From: an uncultured Bacteroidia bacterium | Lineage (GTDB): Bacteria; Bacteroidota; Bacteroidia; Bacteroidales; ML635J-15 | DNA: 64,000 bases | Assembly (NCBI GenBank): GCA_902791865.1 | Contig: CADAXK010000004.1 | Coordinates: 320,559-384,558 of the forward strand | Direction: 5' to 3' | Shown here: positions 47,040-55,296 of the stretch, one piece after another | How positions within the stretch are numbered: the first letter of the stretch is position 1 | Layout of the letters: each line of letters opens with the position of its first letter | Position numbers and translations under genes: made by a program | The notes under the pieces: generated by a model | What the model was told of the DNA's origin: nothing | What the model saw: the letters and a program-made list of their open reading frames with translations, nothing else | Database searches by the model: none

Positions 47040-47150
47040 AAAAATATCTTGGCTTTCGTTCTCATTTTCAACCTTTCGACATCTTTTTTCAACTGCATGA
47101 TGTTAAAGCGAAAAAAATACAAAAATCCGCATCCCATCAAGTCATTCCCA

Positions 47151-47192
47151 CGACAAGGACAACAATTGCAATTGGAGACTGATGGAATAGTA
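47151..47192 (+). repeat. 42-nt conserved element, copy 1 (upstream of lipoprotein gene 47249)
   Basis: cgacaaggacaacaattgcaattggagactgatggaatagta compared with 47829-47870 has 5 mismatches in 42 nt. Confidence 0.7.
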
Positions 47193-47248
47193 CACAATAA
47201 TTTATACAAAACTCCGTTATTTTATTAATCATCAAATTTTACAATATT

Positions 47249-47791
47249 ATGAATAAAATAATAATAGCAATAATGATTGTTGCAACAATTGCGACAGGAT
47301 GTACAGAATATAAGATGAATCATTGCAACTGTGACAATATGCCACAATCAAAGGATTCTGGTCTTATTGTTGAAAATGTAATATTAAGACGTTTCAATCA
47401 AGACCCTAACATACAATATACATTTCCAAAAGAATTTTCTGAACTTAAAATAACTAACGATCAGGAAAACGAAAAGTATAATTATATGGTTAGTTTTGAC
47501 AATGGGGTATCATTCGAACCTATAGACTTTAACAAGTATTCTATTTTAGGATATCCAATAAGCGGTTCGTCACCCCAAACTTTTGAAAGAGATGTAATAA
47601 AAGACGATACCAATCACAAGTACATATATAAAATTAATGCTATAACGTGTGCCTATTTTTTGGATATAGTGCTAGATTCTAATATTGTACTTATCCCGAA
47701 AATTGAAGATGGATATACCACAGAATTTGTTATAAATTATGTCAGATGGCAAAATGGCAAAAGGAAAAATGTTAGCAAAGAAAATTGGTAA
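47249..47791 (+). CDS. Hypothetical lipoprotein (180 aa)
   Basis: Lipobox MNKIIIAIMIVATIATGC, in an AT-rich context. Confidence 0.6.
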   Translation: MNKIIIAIMIVATIATGCTEYKMNHCNCDNMPQSKDSGLIVENVILRRFNQDPNIQYTFPKEFSELKITNDQENEKYNYMVSFDNGVSFEPIDFNKYSILGYPISGSSPQTFERDVIKDDTNHKYIYKINAITCAYFLDIVLDSNIVLIPKIEDGYTTEFVINYVRWQNGKRKNVSKENW

Positions 47792-47828
47792 CCATTAATT
47801 ACATCATAAATACTACCGGATACAAATA

Positions 47829-47870
47829 CGACAAGGAGAACAACTGCACTTGGAGACTGGTGGAATAGCA
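47829..47870 (+). repeat. 42-nt conserved element, copy 2 (upstream of lipoprotein gene 47955)
   Basis: cgacaaggagaacaactgcacttggagactggtggaatagca. Confidence 0.7.
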
Positions 47871-47954
47871 TATCGAAAAAATATAAAGTTTTTTTTGTTT
47901 CGTGATTTGTAATATAAAATTTGTAGTATATTTGTCGCATAAAAAATTATTATC

Positions 47955-48386
47955 ATGAAACGAATAGCATTAATATTTACAATTTTGGTTTTAGTTTTTA
48001 TTAATGTGTCATGCAATAAGAACAAATGCGAAATTGCAGCAGTTAGATTGTGTTATCCAGAAATAAAGGATAATGAAAATCTAAAAATTCATATAATTCG
48101 AACAGAGATGAACGATCTGGCATCGATTATTGATACCGTAAACCTTGAAGTAAATCATAATTATTTCTCACTAGAACTCACTGGTTATGAACAACACGAT
48201 GGCTATATCGGACATTTTGACAACTACATTGTATATATTGAAAATACCGAATATAGAGATACTGTTACAGACATTAAAATAGAATGGGAAGAGCCATGCA
48301 AAGTTGCTAGTTGCCAATATAGATTTAACGGTGAACTTCACAATGGTAATGGCGGCTTTATAAACATTTATCCAAGGGTAAAATAA
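47955..48386 (+). CDS. Hypothetical lipoprotein (143 aa)
   Basis: Lipobox MKRIALIFTILVLVFINVSC, in an AT-rich context. Confidence 0.6.
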   Translation: MKRIALIFTILVLVFINVSCNKNKCEIAAVRLCYPEIKDNENLKIHIIRTEMNDLASIIDTVNLEVNHNYFSLELTGYEQHDGYIGHFDNYIVYIENTEYRDTVTDIKIEWEEPCKVASCQYRFNGELHNGNGGFINIYPRVK

Positions 48387-48481
48387 TGACAGTCTATCAG
48401 CAACTGGGTGTTTCAAAATAATCGTTGTATCACCTCGCGCAAAAAAATCAAAAAATTATTTGCCACTTCGGTAAAAAGATG

Positions 48482-48489
48482 TACTTTTG
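48482..48489 (+). promoter_or_regulatory. -7 promoter box TACTTTTG for tRNA-Arg
   Basis: TAnnTTTG match ending 14 nt before the tRNA 5' end. Confidence 0.55.
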
Positions 48490-48503
48490 CAGTCCAAAAT
48501 GAT

Positions 48504-48577
48504 GGTCCAGTAGCTCAGCTGGATAGAGCAACGGCCTTCTAAGCCGTAGGCCACAGGTTCGAATCCTGTCTGGATCA
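48504..48577 (+). tRNA. tRNA-Arg (anticodon TCT)
   Basis: Hand-folded cloverleaf. Acceptor GGTCCAG/CTGGATC, D stem GCTC/GAGC, anticodon stem ACGGC/GCCGT with loop CTTCTAA, T arm ACAGG-TTCGAAT-CCTGT. Confidence 0.9.
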
Positions 48578-48581
48578 CAAA

Positions 48582-48606
48582 AGCACTGGGAATCAGTGCT
48601 TTTTTT
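48582..48606 (+). terminator. Intrinsic terminator after tRNA-Arg
   Basis: AGCACTG-ggaat-CAGTGCT followed by T6. Confidence 0.7.
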
Positions 48607-48620
48607 GTTAAGTCAAAGAC

Positions 48621-49604
48621 ATGGGAACGATATTGCAGCCGAATTTTCAGGAAATAGCGAAAGGCATCGGAATCGACCTAACGGGCTTCGAAAAATTGCT
48701 GATTGACACCATAAATTCCGACAACAGCGACTTCAAGCCTATGCTACAGCACGTTTTCAACGCAAAAGGCAAACGCATCCGTCCCCTGCTAGTCTATCTG
48801 TCGGCAAAGATTTTCGACAAGGCAACACTAAGCACCGACCGCGCCGCCCTAATAGTCGAAATACTGCACAACGCAACACTTATCCACGACGACATTGTAG
48901 ACGAGTCGGACATCCGCCGCAACCAGCCCACGCTCAACGCCACACAAGGCAACAAGGTGGCCGTACTCGCAGGCGACTACCTGTTTGCAAAAGCAATAAG
49001 CATAGCCGCACAGAATGGCGAACACGCAATCGTCGACATGCTTATGCCAACCGTCTGCGCAATGAGCGAAGGCGAACTGCAACAGCTTGATTCAAAAGAC
49101 TTCAGCACCGACGAAGCAAGGTACTACGAAATCATTTTCAAGAAAACCGCTTCACTGATAGCATCGTGCCTGAAAGTCGGTGCATTTACCGCTGGAGCAA
49201 GCGAACAGCAGACCGAACAGATTTGTAAAATCGGTGAGAAAATCGGTTACATCTTCCAAATAAAGGACGACATGCTCGACTATTCAGCTAACGGCAAGAC
49301 CGGCAAGGAAAGCGGCAACGACATCAAGGAATGCAAGGTCACAATGCCGCTAATCTGCGCATGGAACAATATGACCGACAGCGAACAAGACAAGTTTTTG
49401 TCGCTTTGGAACAGCCCACGCTCAGCCGAAAACATTGAGCAGATTCGCAAGGCAGTCATCGCAAAAGGCGGAATTGAAGGAAGCCACAAACGCATAATAG
49501 AAATAAAGGAAGAAGTTTTCTCCCTTATCGGGAATCTGCCACAAAGCGACTACTGCACTTATTTAAAGCAAATTACAGAATACATTATCGAACGCGAAAA
49601 TTAA
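48621..49604 (+). CDS. Polyprenyl diphosphate synthase (trans-isoprenyl, IspB-like)
   Basis: Two Asp-rich motifs, LIHDDIVDES and FQIKDDMLD. 327 aa. Confidence 0.85.
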   Translation: MGTILQPNFQEIAKGIGIDLTGFEKLLIDTINSDNSDFKPMLQHVFNAKGKRIRPLLVYLSAKIFDKATLSTDRAALIVEILHNATLIHDDIVDESDIRRNQPTLNATQGNKVAVLAGDYLFAKAISIAAQNGEHAIVDMLMPTVCAMSEGELQQLDSKDFSTDEARYYEIIFKKTASLIASCLKVGAFTAGASEQQTEQICKIGEKIGYIFQIKDDMLDYSANGKTGKESGNDIKECKVTMPLICAWNNMTDSEQDKFLSLWNSPRSAENIEQIRKAVIAKGGIEGSHKRIIEIKEEVFSLIGNLPQSDYCTYLKQITEYIIEREN

Positions 49605-49610
49605 AATGTC

Positions 49611-50555
49611 ATGAAGCAAGTTGAGATAACCCACGCAAAGAACGGATTCGGCAAAGCCCTGGCCGACCTTGCCGACACCGACAAGCGAATCGTATGCCTA
49701 GGACTCGACATTACCAATTCCGTCGGCATGAACTTTTTCAAGGAACGCCATCCCGAAAGGTTCTTCTCGATGGGCATTGCCGAACAGAACGCCGCAGCAA
49801 CGGCAGCAGGACTTGCATTGTCGGGCAAGATTCCGGCATTTTCGACCTACGCGGTATTCTCAGCTTTGCGTAGTATCGACCAGATACGCGTCTCGGTGTG
49901 CTACAACAACCTTCATGTAATTATCGGCGGTGCACACGCTGGAATCTCAGTCGGACCCGACGGCGCAACACATCAGGCTCTCGAAGACCTTGCCATAATG
50001 CGTGCGATGCCAAATATGACAGTCCTTAGTCCTTGCGACGAGAACCAGACCTACCTTGCCACAGTTGCTGCCGTAAAGCAGTTGAACACGCCTTGTTACA
50101 TCCGCTACGGACGCGAGGCTGTTCCGAACTTCACCGACAAGAACGACAAGTATGAAATAGGCAAGGCTCAGTGGCTCCGACACGGCAAGGATGTCGGACT
50201 GATAGCTACAGGTTCGATGGTCTGGACAGCTCTAGAAACAGCAGAACGCCTTGAGGCAAACGGAATTTCAGCCGCTGTGATGAATATTCATACGCTGAAG
50301 CCAATCGACAAGCAGGCGATTGTTGACATTGCGAACGAAACCGGCAGAATCGTCACCATCGAGGAACACCAGATTACAGGCGGACTTGGCGGAGCTGTTG
50401 CCGAAGTTCTTGGCGAACACCGTCCTACCCCAATGAAAATAATCGGTATGCCCGACTGCTTTGGTGAATCAGGAAAGCCAAGCGAACTGCTGAAAATGTT
50501 CGGTCTCGATGCAGAAACCATTACAGCAAAGACAATTGCATTTATAAACAAATGA
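49611..50555 (+). CDS. Transketolase family protein, C-terminal (pyrimidine-binding plus C-terminal domain) subunit
   Basis: 314 aa. GIAEQNAAATAAGLA and the downstream ...EEHQITGGLGGAV pattern are typical of split-transketolase B subunits. Confidence 0.8.
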   Translation: MKQVEITHAKNGFGKALADLADTDKRIVCLGLDITNSVGMNFFKERHPERFFSMGIAEQNAAATAAGLALSGKIPAFSTYAVFSALRSIDQIRVSVCYNNLHVIIGGAHAGISVGPDGATHQALEDLAIMRAMPNMTVLSPCDENQTYLATVAAVKQLNTPCYIRYGREAVPNFTDKNDKYEIGKAQWLRHGKDVGLIATGSMVWTALETAERLEANGISAAVMNIHTLKPIDKQAIVDIANETGRIVTIEEHQITGGLGGAVAEVLGEHRPTPMKIIGMPDCFGESGKPSELLKMFGLDAETITAKTIAFINK

Positions 50556-50843
50556 AAAACAATGAAACAAAACGTAACCGTCATTCCGCAAATTAGAATG
50601 TTTTTTAAAGACGAAGATAGAACAAATTCATTTGTTATGTTGAGGCAAAAAAAACATCTGCGAAAGCAAACATACACGCGATACAGAATGGGGAGCGTTG
50701 TAATGTTCAATTGTGCGGAATCTCCCATGAAAACGATTTCAGAAGGAGATTCCGTACAGACAGGCTCACAAGGCTCGTACCTGCGCCTGTTCGCATTGTC
50801 TTACGGAATGACAGGTAGAGTGAGGACATAATAAAACCAAAAT

Positions 50844-51266
50844 ATGTGTAAAATCATCGTAAACGACATAAGCGAGCTTCGCAGCGCAGCCAAGCGTTTC
50901 CTTGAAATTGTTGGCGATGCGAAGATTTTTGCATTCTATGGTGAAATGGGCGTTGGCAAAACGACCTTTCTGAAGGAACTTTGCCGCGAAATGGAAGTCG
51001 AGGACGAAATTACCAGTCCTACATTTGCCATCGTAAACGAGTACTACTCAAAGAAATACGGACAGATTTTTCATTTTGACTTCTACCGCATCGACGACCT
51101 TCGCGAAGTATATGACATGGGCTTTGAGGAGTACCTCGAAAGCGGTGCCTACATCTTCATGGAATGGTCGGAAAAAATTGACAACATCCTTCCCGACGGT
51201 ATCACCAAAGTCATTATCACACAAGACGATAAGAAGGTTAGAACGATAGAGGTGATTTTCAATTGA
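50844..51266 (+). CDS. tsaE: tRNA t6A37 biosynthesis ATPase TsaE
   Basis: 140 aa with P-loop GEMGVGKTTF and the SPTFAIVNEY motif. Confidence 0.85.
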   Translation: MCKIIVNDISELRSAAKRFLEIVGDAKIFAFYGEMGVGKTTFLKELCREMEVEDEITSPTFAIVNEYYSKKYGQIFHFDFYRIDDLREVYDMGFEEYLESGAYIFMEWSEKIDNILPDGITKVIITQDDKKVRTIEVIFN

Positions 51267-51305
51267 AAATTGATAATTGACAATTGATAATGGACAATTT
51301 ATTAT

Positions 51306-51448
51306 GTCGTTTCGGATTTATAATCCGAAACGCCCGAATATCAGCATTTGCAATGCGGAAAGAACATTATAATCGGATTGAAAATCCTTATATTCATATT
51401 GTCTGGATTGTTGCCGTTGGCAACGAGCTGAAGGTTGCAAATCCAGAC
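51306..51448 (+). repeat. Three-hairpin REP/MITE-like element, copy C (nested insert in the third hairpin)
   Basis: gtcgtttcggatttataatccgaaacg ... gaatatcagcatttgcaatgcgga ... ggattgaaaatccttatattc ... gtctggatt[gttgccgttggcaacgagctgaagg]ttgcaaatccagac. Confidence 0.8.
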
Positions 51449-51504
51449 AACATTACCCCCTATTTCGATGCCATATTGTCGAAAATCAAACAATAAAATC
51501 ATCG

Positions 51505-51540
51505 CATTGAAATATTTTTTCTAATTTTGGCGATGTAAAA
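51505..51540 (+). promoter_or_regulatory. 36-nt promoter/leader module (-7 box TAATTTTG at 51522-51529)
   Basis: 33 of 36 nt identical to 28367-28402. Confidence 0.5.
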
Positions 51541-51565
51541 TAAATTTGGACACTACACGGCTATA

Positions 51566-52924
51566 ATGGTAGAAACAAACCGCATAGAATTCAAAAGCCA
51601 ATTGACTGATGACCTTGATATTGAGAAGGAAGTCATTTCTTTTCTTAATTATCGGGAAGGCGGTATCATATATATCGGCATTGATAAAGATGGTCATCCT
51701 ATTGGCGTGGACAACATTGACGCTGCCGTTCTGAAGATTAAGGACAGGATTCGCCTGAATGTCAAGCCGTCGCCTATGGGTTTGTTTGATGTTCTGGTCG
51801 AGAATATTGATGGTGTCGATGTGATTAAGATTTTCTTGGCATCGGGAACGGAAAAGCCTTACTACAAAACAAAGTACGGCATGAGTACGCGTGGTTGCTA
51901 TATTCGTGTGGGAACTGCTGCCGAACCAATGCCGACGGCTATGATTGAAGACCTTTTCTCTCATAGGGTACGCAACTCGTTGAGAAACATTCCGTCACCA
52001 CGGCAAAAACTGACATTCCGCCAACTTCATATCTATTATGATTCGAAGGGCTTAGTGCTGAACAATGCATTTGAACAGACATTGGACCTTCTTACCGATG
52101 ATGGTAGATACAATTATGTAGCGTTTCTTTTGGCCGACGAAAACAATGTTTCGATAAAAGTTGCCAAATATTCGGGAACCGAGCGTTTTGATTTGATTTC
52201 GAACAACGAATACGGGTATTGCAGTTTGCTCAAGGCTACCGATTTGGTTCTAGATAAACTAAATACTGAAAACTACATATTCACCCGGAAGACAGAAAAA
52301 TTTAGGGAAGACACCCCGATGTGGGATAAGCTAGCTGTTCGTGAGGCCGTGATAAACGCCATTGTACACAACGATTACACTAACGAGGTTGCTCCCAAGT
52401 TTGAGATTTTTTCCGATCGGCTTGAGATAACCTCATACGGAACAATTCCTGTGGGATTGTCCAAAGATGAATTTTTCAGCGGAGTAAGCATTCCACGCAA
52501 CAAGGAACTGATGCGAGTTTTCCGTGATGTTGAAATGGTAGAGGCGTTGGGTTCGGGCATGCCGGTTATACTGCGAAAGTATGGCCGTGAAGCATACGAA
52601 TTTTCGGAACATTTTATTCACTTGATAATGCCAGCGAATGAAAATGTCCCTAAAAATGTCCCTAAAAATGAGCCCAAAAATGAGCCCAAAAATGAGCCCA
52701 AAAATGAGCCCAAAAATGATACCAAATATGATACCAAAAATGATACCAAAAAACGACGCGAACTCATTGTAAATCTGATAAAAGCAGATAATAAGATACC
52801 ATTGACAGCGATTGCAAAAAAAATGGGACTTGGACGGGAAACCATAAAGCGTGAACTTGCCGAGATGCGGCACATAGTTCAGCATGTTGGACCAACCCGT
52901 GGAGGACATTGGGAATTTTTGTAA
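51566..52924 (+). CDS. AlbA_2 (Schlafen-like) DNA-binding domain / ATPase-like / wHTH regulator (often annotated RecG-like or transcriptional regulator)
   Basis: N-terminal ETNRIEFKSQL motif. Central EAVINAIVHNDY (HATPase-like). The C-terminal ~60 aa look HTH-like. It contains a tetrapeptide repeat linker. Confidence 0.7.
   Translation: MVETNRIEFKSQLTDDLDIEKEVISFLNYREGGIIYIGIDKDGHPIGVDNIDAAVLKIKDRIRLNVKPSPMGLFDVLVENIDGVDVIKIFLASGTEKPYYKTKYGMSTRGCYIRVGTAAEPMPTAMIEDLFSHRVRNSLRNIPSPRQKLTFRQLHIYYDSKGLVLNNAFEQTLDLLTDDGRYNYVAFLLADENNVSIKVAKYSGTERFDLISNNEYGYCSLLKATDLVLDKLNTENYIFTRKTEKFREDTPMWDKLAVREAVINAIVHNDYTNEVAPKFEIFSDRLEITSYGTIPVGLSKDEFFSGVSIPRNKELMRVFRDVEMVEALGSGMPVILRKYGREAYEFSEHFIHLIMPANENVPKNVPKNEPKNEPKNEPKNEPKNDTKYDTKNDTKKRRELIVNLIKADNKIPLTAIAKKMGLGRETIKRELAEMRHIVQHVGPTRGGHWEFL
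52646..52753 (+). repeat. In-frame 12-nt tandem repeat, 9 units in three sub-types (gtccctaaaaat x2, gagcccaaaaat x4, gataccaaa(t/a)a(t/a) x3)
   Basis: Read directly. It encodes VPKN VPKN EPKN EPKN EPKN EPKN DTKY DTKN DTKK. Confidence 0.9.
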
Positions 52925-53181
52925 CAATAAATAATAAACTGAATAATAAGAATAACTATAAAAAACAAATGATATAACTTAACTTAAAATATTAACATTC
53001 TGAGCTTTACGCTCTTATTCTCTACTCTGTAAAATCTGGTAAATTTTAATTTGTGGGAGAATAAGTCTGCGAATGGTTCACGTCTATAGGCGTGAGTTGT
53101 TTCGTGCTTATTACCACAACAGGTTTACCAGAGCCTTCAGAGTTTAATAGGCATCAAAAACGAAATGGCTTACGCTTTTTT

Positions 53182-53415
53182 ATGGACACGACCGACGAAA
53201 TACATATAGGAAAACAAATCAGACAAGTTCTTGAAAGACAAGGACGGACAATAACTTGGCTAGCAAAAGAAATCGGATGTTCACGCGAAAATCTGTACAA
53301 GGTTTTTCGTCGCAAATGGATTCATACCGACATGCTACAGAAAATCAGCCTAGCACTTGGCTACGATTTCTTCAAGGTATATACTGAATGGTACGAACGG
53401 CAACAAAATAAATGA
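53182..53415 (+). CDS. Small XRE/Cro-type helix-turn-helix protein (77 aa)
   Basis: The internal Met at 53182 gives MDTTDEIHIGKQIRQVLERQGRTITWLAKEIGCSRENLYKVF, a typical HTH_3 layout. The listed upstream extension has no support. Confidence 0.65.
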   Translation: MDTTDEIHIGKQIRQVLERQGRTITWLAKEIGCSRENLYKVFRRKWIHTDMLQKISLALGYDFFKVYTEWYERQQNK

Positions 53416-53426
53416 TTTGATTGCTT

Positions 53427-53454
53427 GTAGCGGCGCAATGCATTGCGCCGCTAC
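53427..53454. terminator. 28-nt perfect palindrome (putative terminator or hairpin) after the HTH gene
   Basis: gtagcggcgcaatgcattgcgccgctac. No clear T-run follows. Confidence 0.45.
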
Positions 53455-53637
53455 ATATTAATATTCTGCTCGGCGAAGCCAACCTTCAGCTCTGCGTAGC
53501 AAATTGTTAATTGGGTTTTTGTTAACTAAAATTCCAATCTATTATACCAAAAGTCAACAAAAATCGTGACAACTAGCACCACTGATGTTATCTGCAAAAG
53601 GATGGCATTTTGTTTCTTTGTGAAAAACTTCGTAAAA

Positions 53638-55278
53638 ATGAAAACGAATATAGCAATAGTTTGTATATCAATTATCATTGCATATACATTTAACGCTTGT
53701 GGATTAAGCGAGAAAAAATTTGATATGATTCCTGTACAACTAGGAGAGAAATGGGGATACATTGATAAGGATGGCAATTATCTGATAAATCCACAATTCA
53801 CAAACGCAGATTATTTTAGAGAAGGATTGGCATTGGTCGAATCTGCTGATGGGAAGATGGGCTTCATTAATACTAATGGTGAATATGTGATTTCGCCACA
53901 ATACAAACGAGCGACTCCATTTTCTTGTGGATTGGCTTTTGTCGTTTCAGAAGGAGGTCATCCAACTTGTATTGAAAAATCTGGCGATGTTAAATTTATA
54001 CTGAAGCAAGCTAAGATAGTCGGTTGTTTTTCTGAGGACTTGGCAATGTTTGTTACTGAGGATGAACTACATAGTGCGGAATTAGGCTATGTTGATAAAA
54101 CTGGGAATGTAGTTATTCCTGCGCAATACAAAGTGGCAGGTAACTTTCACGAAGGATTGGCAGTGGTATGTGAGGGCACAAAGTTCGGATATATTGACAA
54201 TTCGGGGAATATGGTAATAAAACCACAATTTGACTATGCAAGTAATTTTAGGGATGGTGTTGCTGTGTTTTCAAACGACTTTAAACAATACGGATACATT
54301 GATAAAAAAGGAACCTATATTATTAATCCGCAATTTGATGCAGCTGGTTTGTTTAGTGAAGAAATGGCTCTAGTTAAGATTGGCGACCAAACAGGTTATA
54401 TTGGCAATGATGGTAAAATCGTTATTAATCCGCAATTTGATAATAATTCTGGATATTTTCATAGCGGTCTGGCTTTAATTAAAAGCAATGATAGGTATGG
54501 CTATATCAATAAGAAAGGTAAAATTGAAATTAATCCACAATTTGATTACGCAACTAGATTTTACGATGATATTGCTTTCGTAAAAATTGGAGAAAAATAT
54601 GGAATAATTGACAAAAATGGCAAATACATTGTTAATCCGCAGTATGACAATATAAAATCTTATGTTGAGAATGATGATGGAGAAAATTACGGGTTGGAAA
54701 TATTTTATGTTGCAAGCGATTATTATGATGCTACATTATTCTGTGAAACTATAGGGGAAAAAGCAGGAGCCAATTCGTTTGATGGTTTTGATTCAAATTC
54801 AAATTTGCTTGATATTGCGAACAATTCATTGTATGAGGACATTAAAGAGGATGGTATGTATGAAGCGTATATTTTTGACAAACAGAAATTGACAGATGAC
54901 ATATCAATATATACAACTAGATTTTACTTTAATAATCCAATTTACGAAAAAGTAACAACATATAGTACCTACTGGTGGGGAGAAAGATACGCTACAGGTT
55001 CAGTAAACAAATATAATTTCGAAGAAAAAGTTGCTGCTATTAAATATTCGTTCAGTTTAAGCAATGATGCAAAGGGAAAAGAAGGTGCTATAGCGGCCGC
55101 ATTAAAAGCAGAACTGGAAAAATTATATGATGTAAAAATGGAAACAACAACTGGTCAATATAAAGTTATTAGAGAAAATGAAATAAGCTTTGCCATTGAA
55201 TATACAGACTTTGAATTGACATTATTTGTCAGTTTTGACAGCAAGAAACTAAATGATTTATTGGCAAAACAAGAATAA
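53638..55278 (+). CDS. WG-repeat (KWG-type) lipoprotein
   Basis: The ATG at 53638 gives the lipobox MKTNIAIVCISIIIAYTFNAC. At least 8 repeats of (W)G(Y/F)I(D/N)..G..(V/I)I.PQ(F/Y). Confidence 0.75.
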   Translation: MKTNIAIVCISIIIAYTFNACGLSEKKFDMIPVQLGEKWGYIDKDGNYLINPQFTNADYFREGLALVESADGKMGFINTNGEYVISPQYKRATPFSCGLAFVVSEGGHPTCIEKSGDVKFILKQAKIVGCFSEDLAMFVTEDELHSAELGYVDKTGNVVIPAQYKVAGNFHEGLAVVCEGTKFGYIDNSGNMVIKPQFDYASNFRDGVAVFSNDFKQYGYIDKKGTYIINPQFDAAGLFSEEMALVKIGDQTGYIGNDGKIVINPQFDNNSGYFHSGLALIKSNDRYGYINKKGKIEINPQFDYATRFYDDIAFVKIGEKYGIIDKNGKYIVNPQYDNIKSYVENDDGENYGLEIFYVASDYYDATLFCETIGEKAGANSFDGFDSNSNLLDIANNSLYEDIKEDGMYEAYIFDKQKLTDDISIYTTRFYFNNPIYEKVTTYSTYWWGERYATGSVNKYNFEEKVAAIKYSFSLSNDAKGKEGAIAAALKAELEKLYDVKMETTTGQYKVIRENEISFAIEYTDFELTLFVSFDSKKLNDLLAKQE

Positions 55279-55296
55279 ATTTTAACGATATACATT

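Noticed and set aside
50562-50831. 89-aa ORF between the transketolase subunit and tsaE.
   Set aside because: It is Arg/Thr/Met-rich with no motif, and the region is dominated by inverted complementarity. It is reported instead as a candidate structured RNA, at low confidence.
52960-53100. Short complementary words (cttattctc/gagaataag, ctggtaaa/tttaccag) suggesting another ncRNA.
   Set aside because: The stems are short and AT-rich, and I could recognise no promoter box or terminator. The evidence is too weak to report.
53092-53181. Long form of the HTH gene starting at 53092.
   Set aside because: The extra 30 residues are not HTH-like and have no start context. The Met at 53182 gives a standard ~77-aa XRE-type protein.
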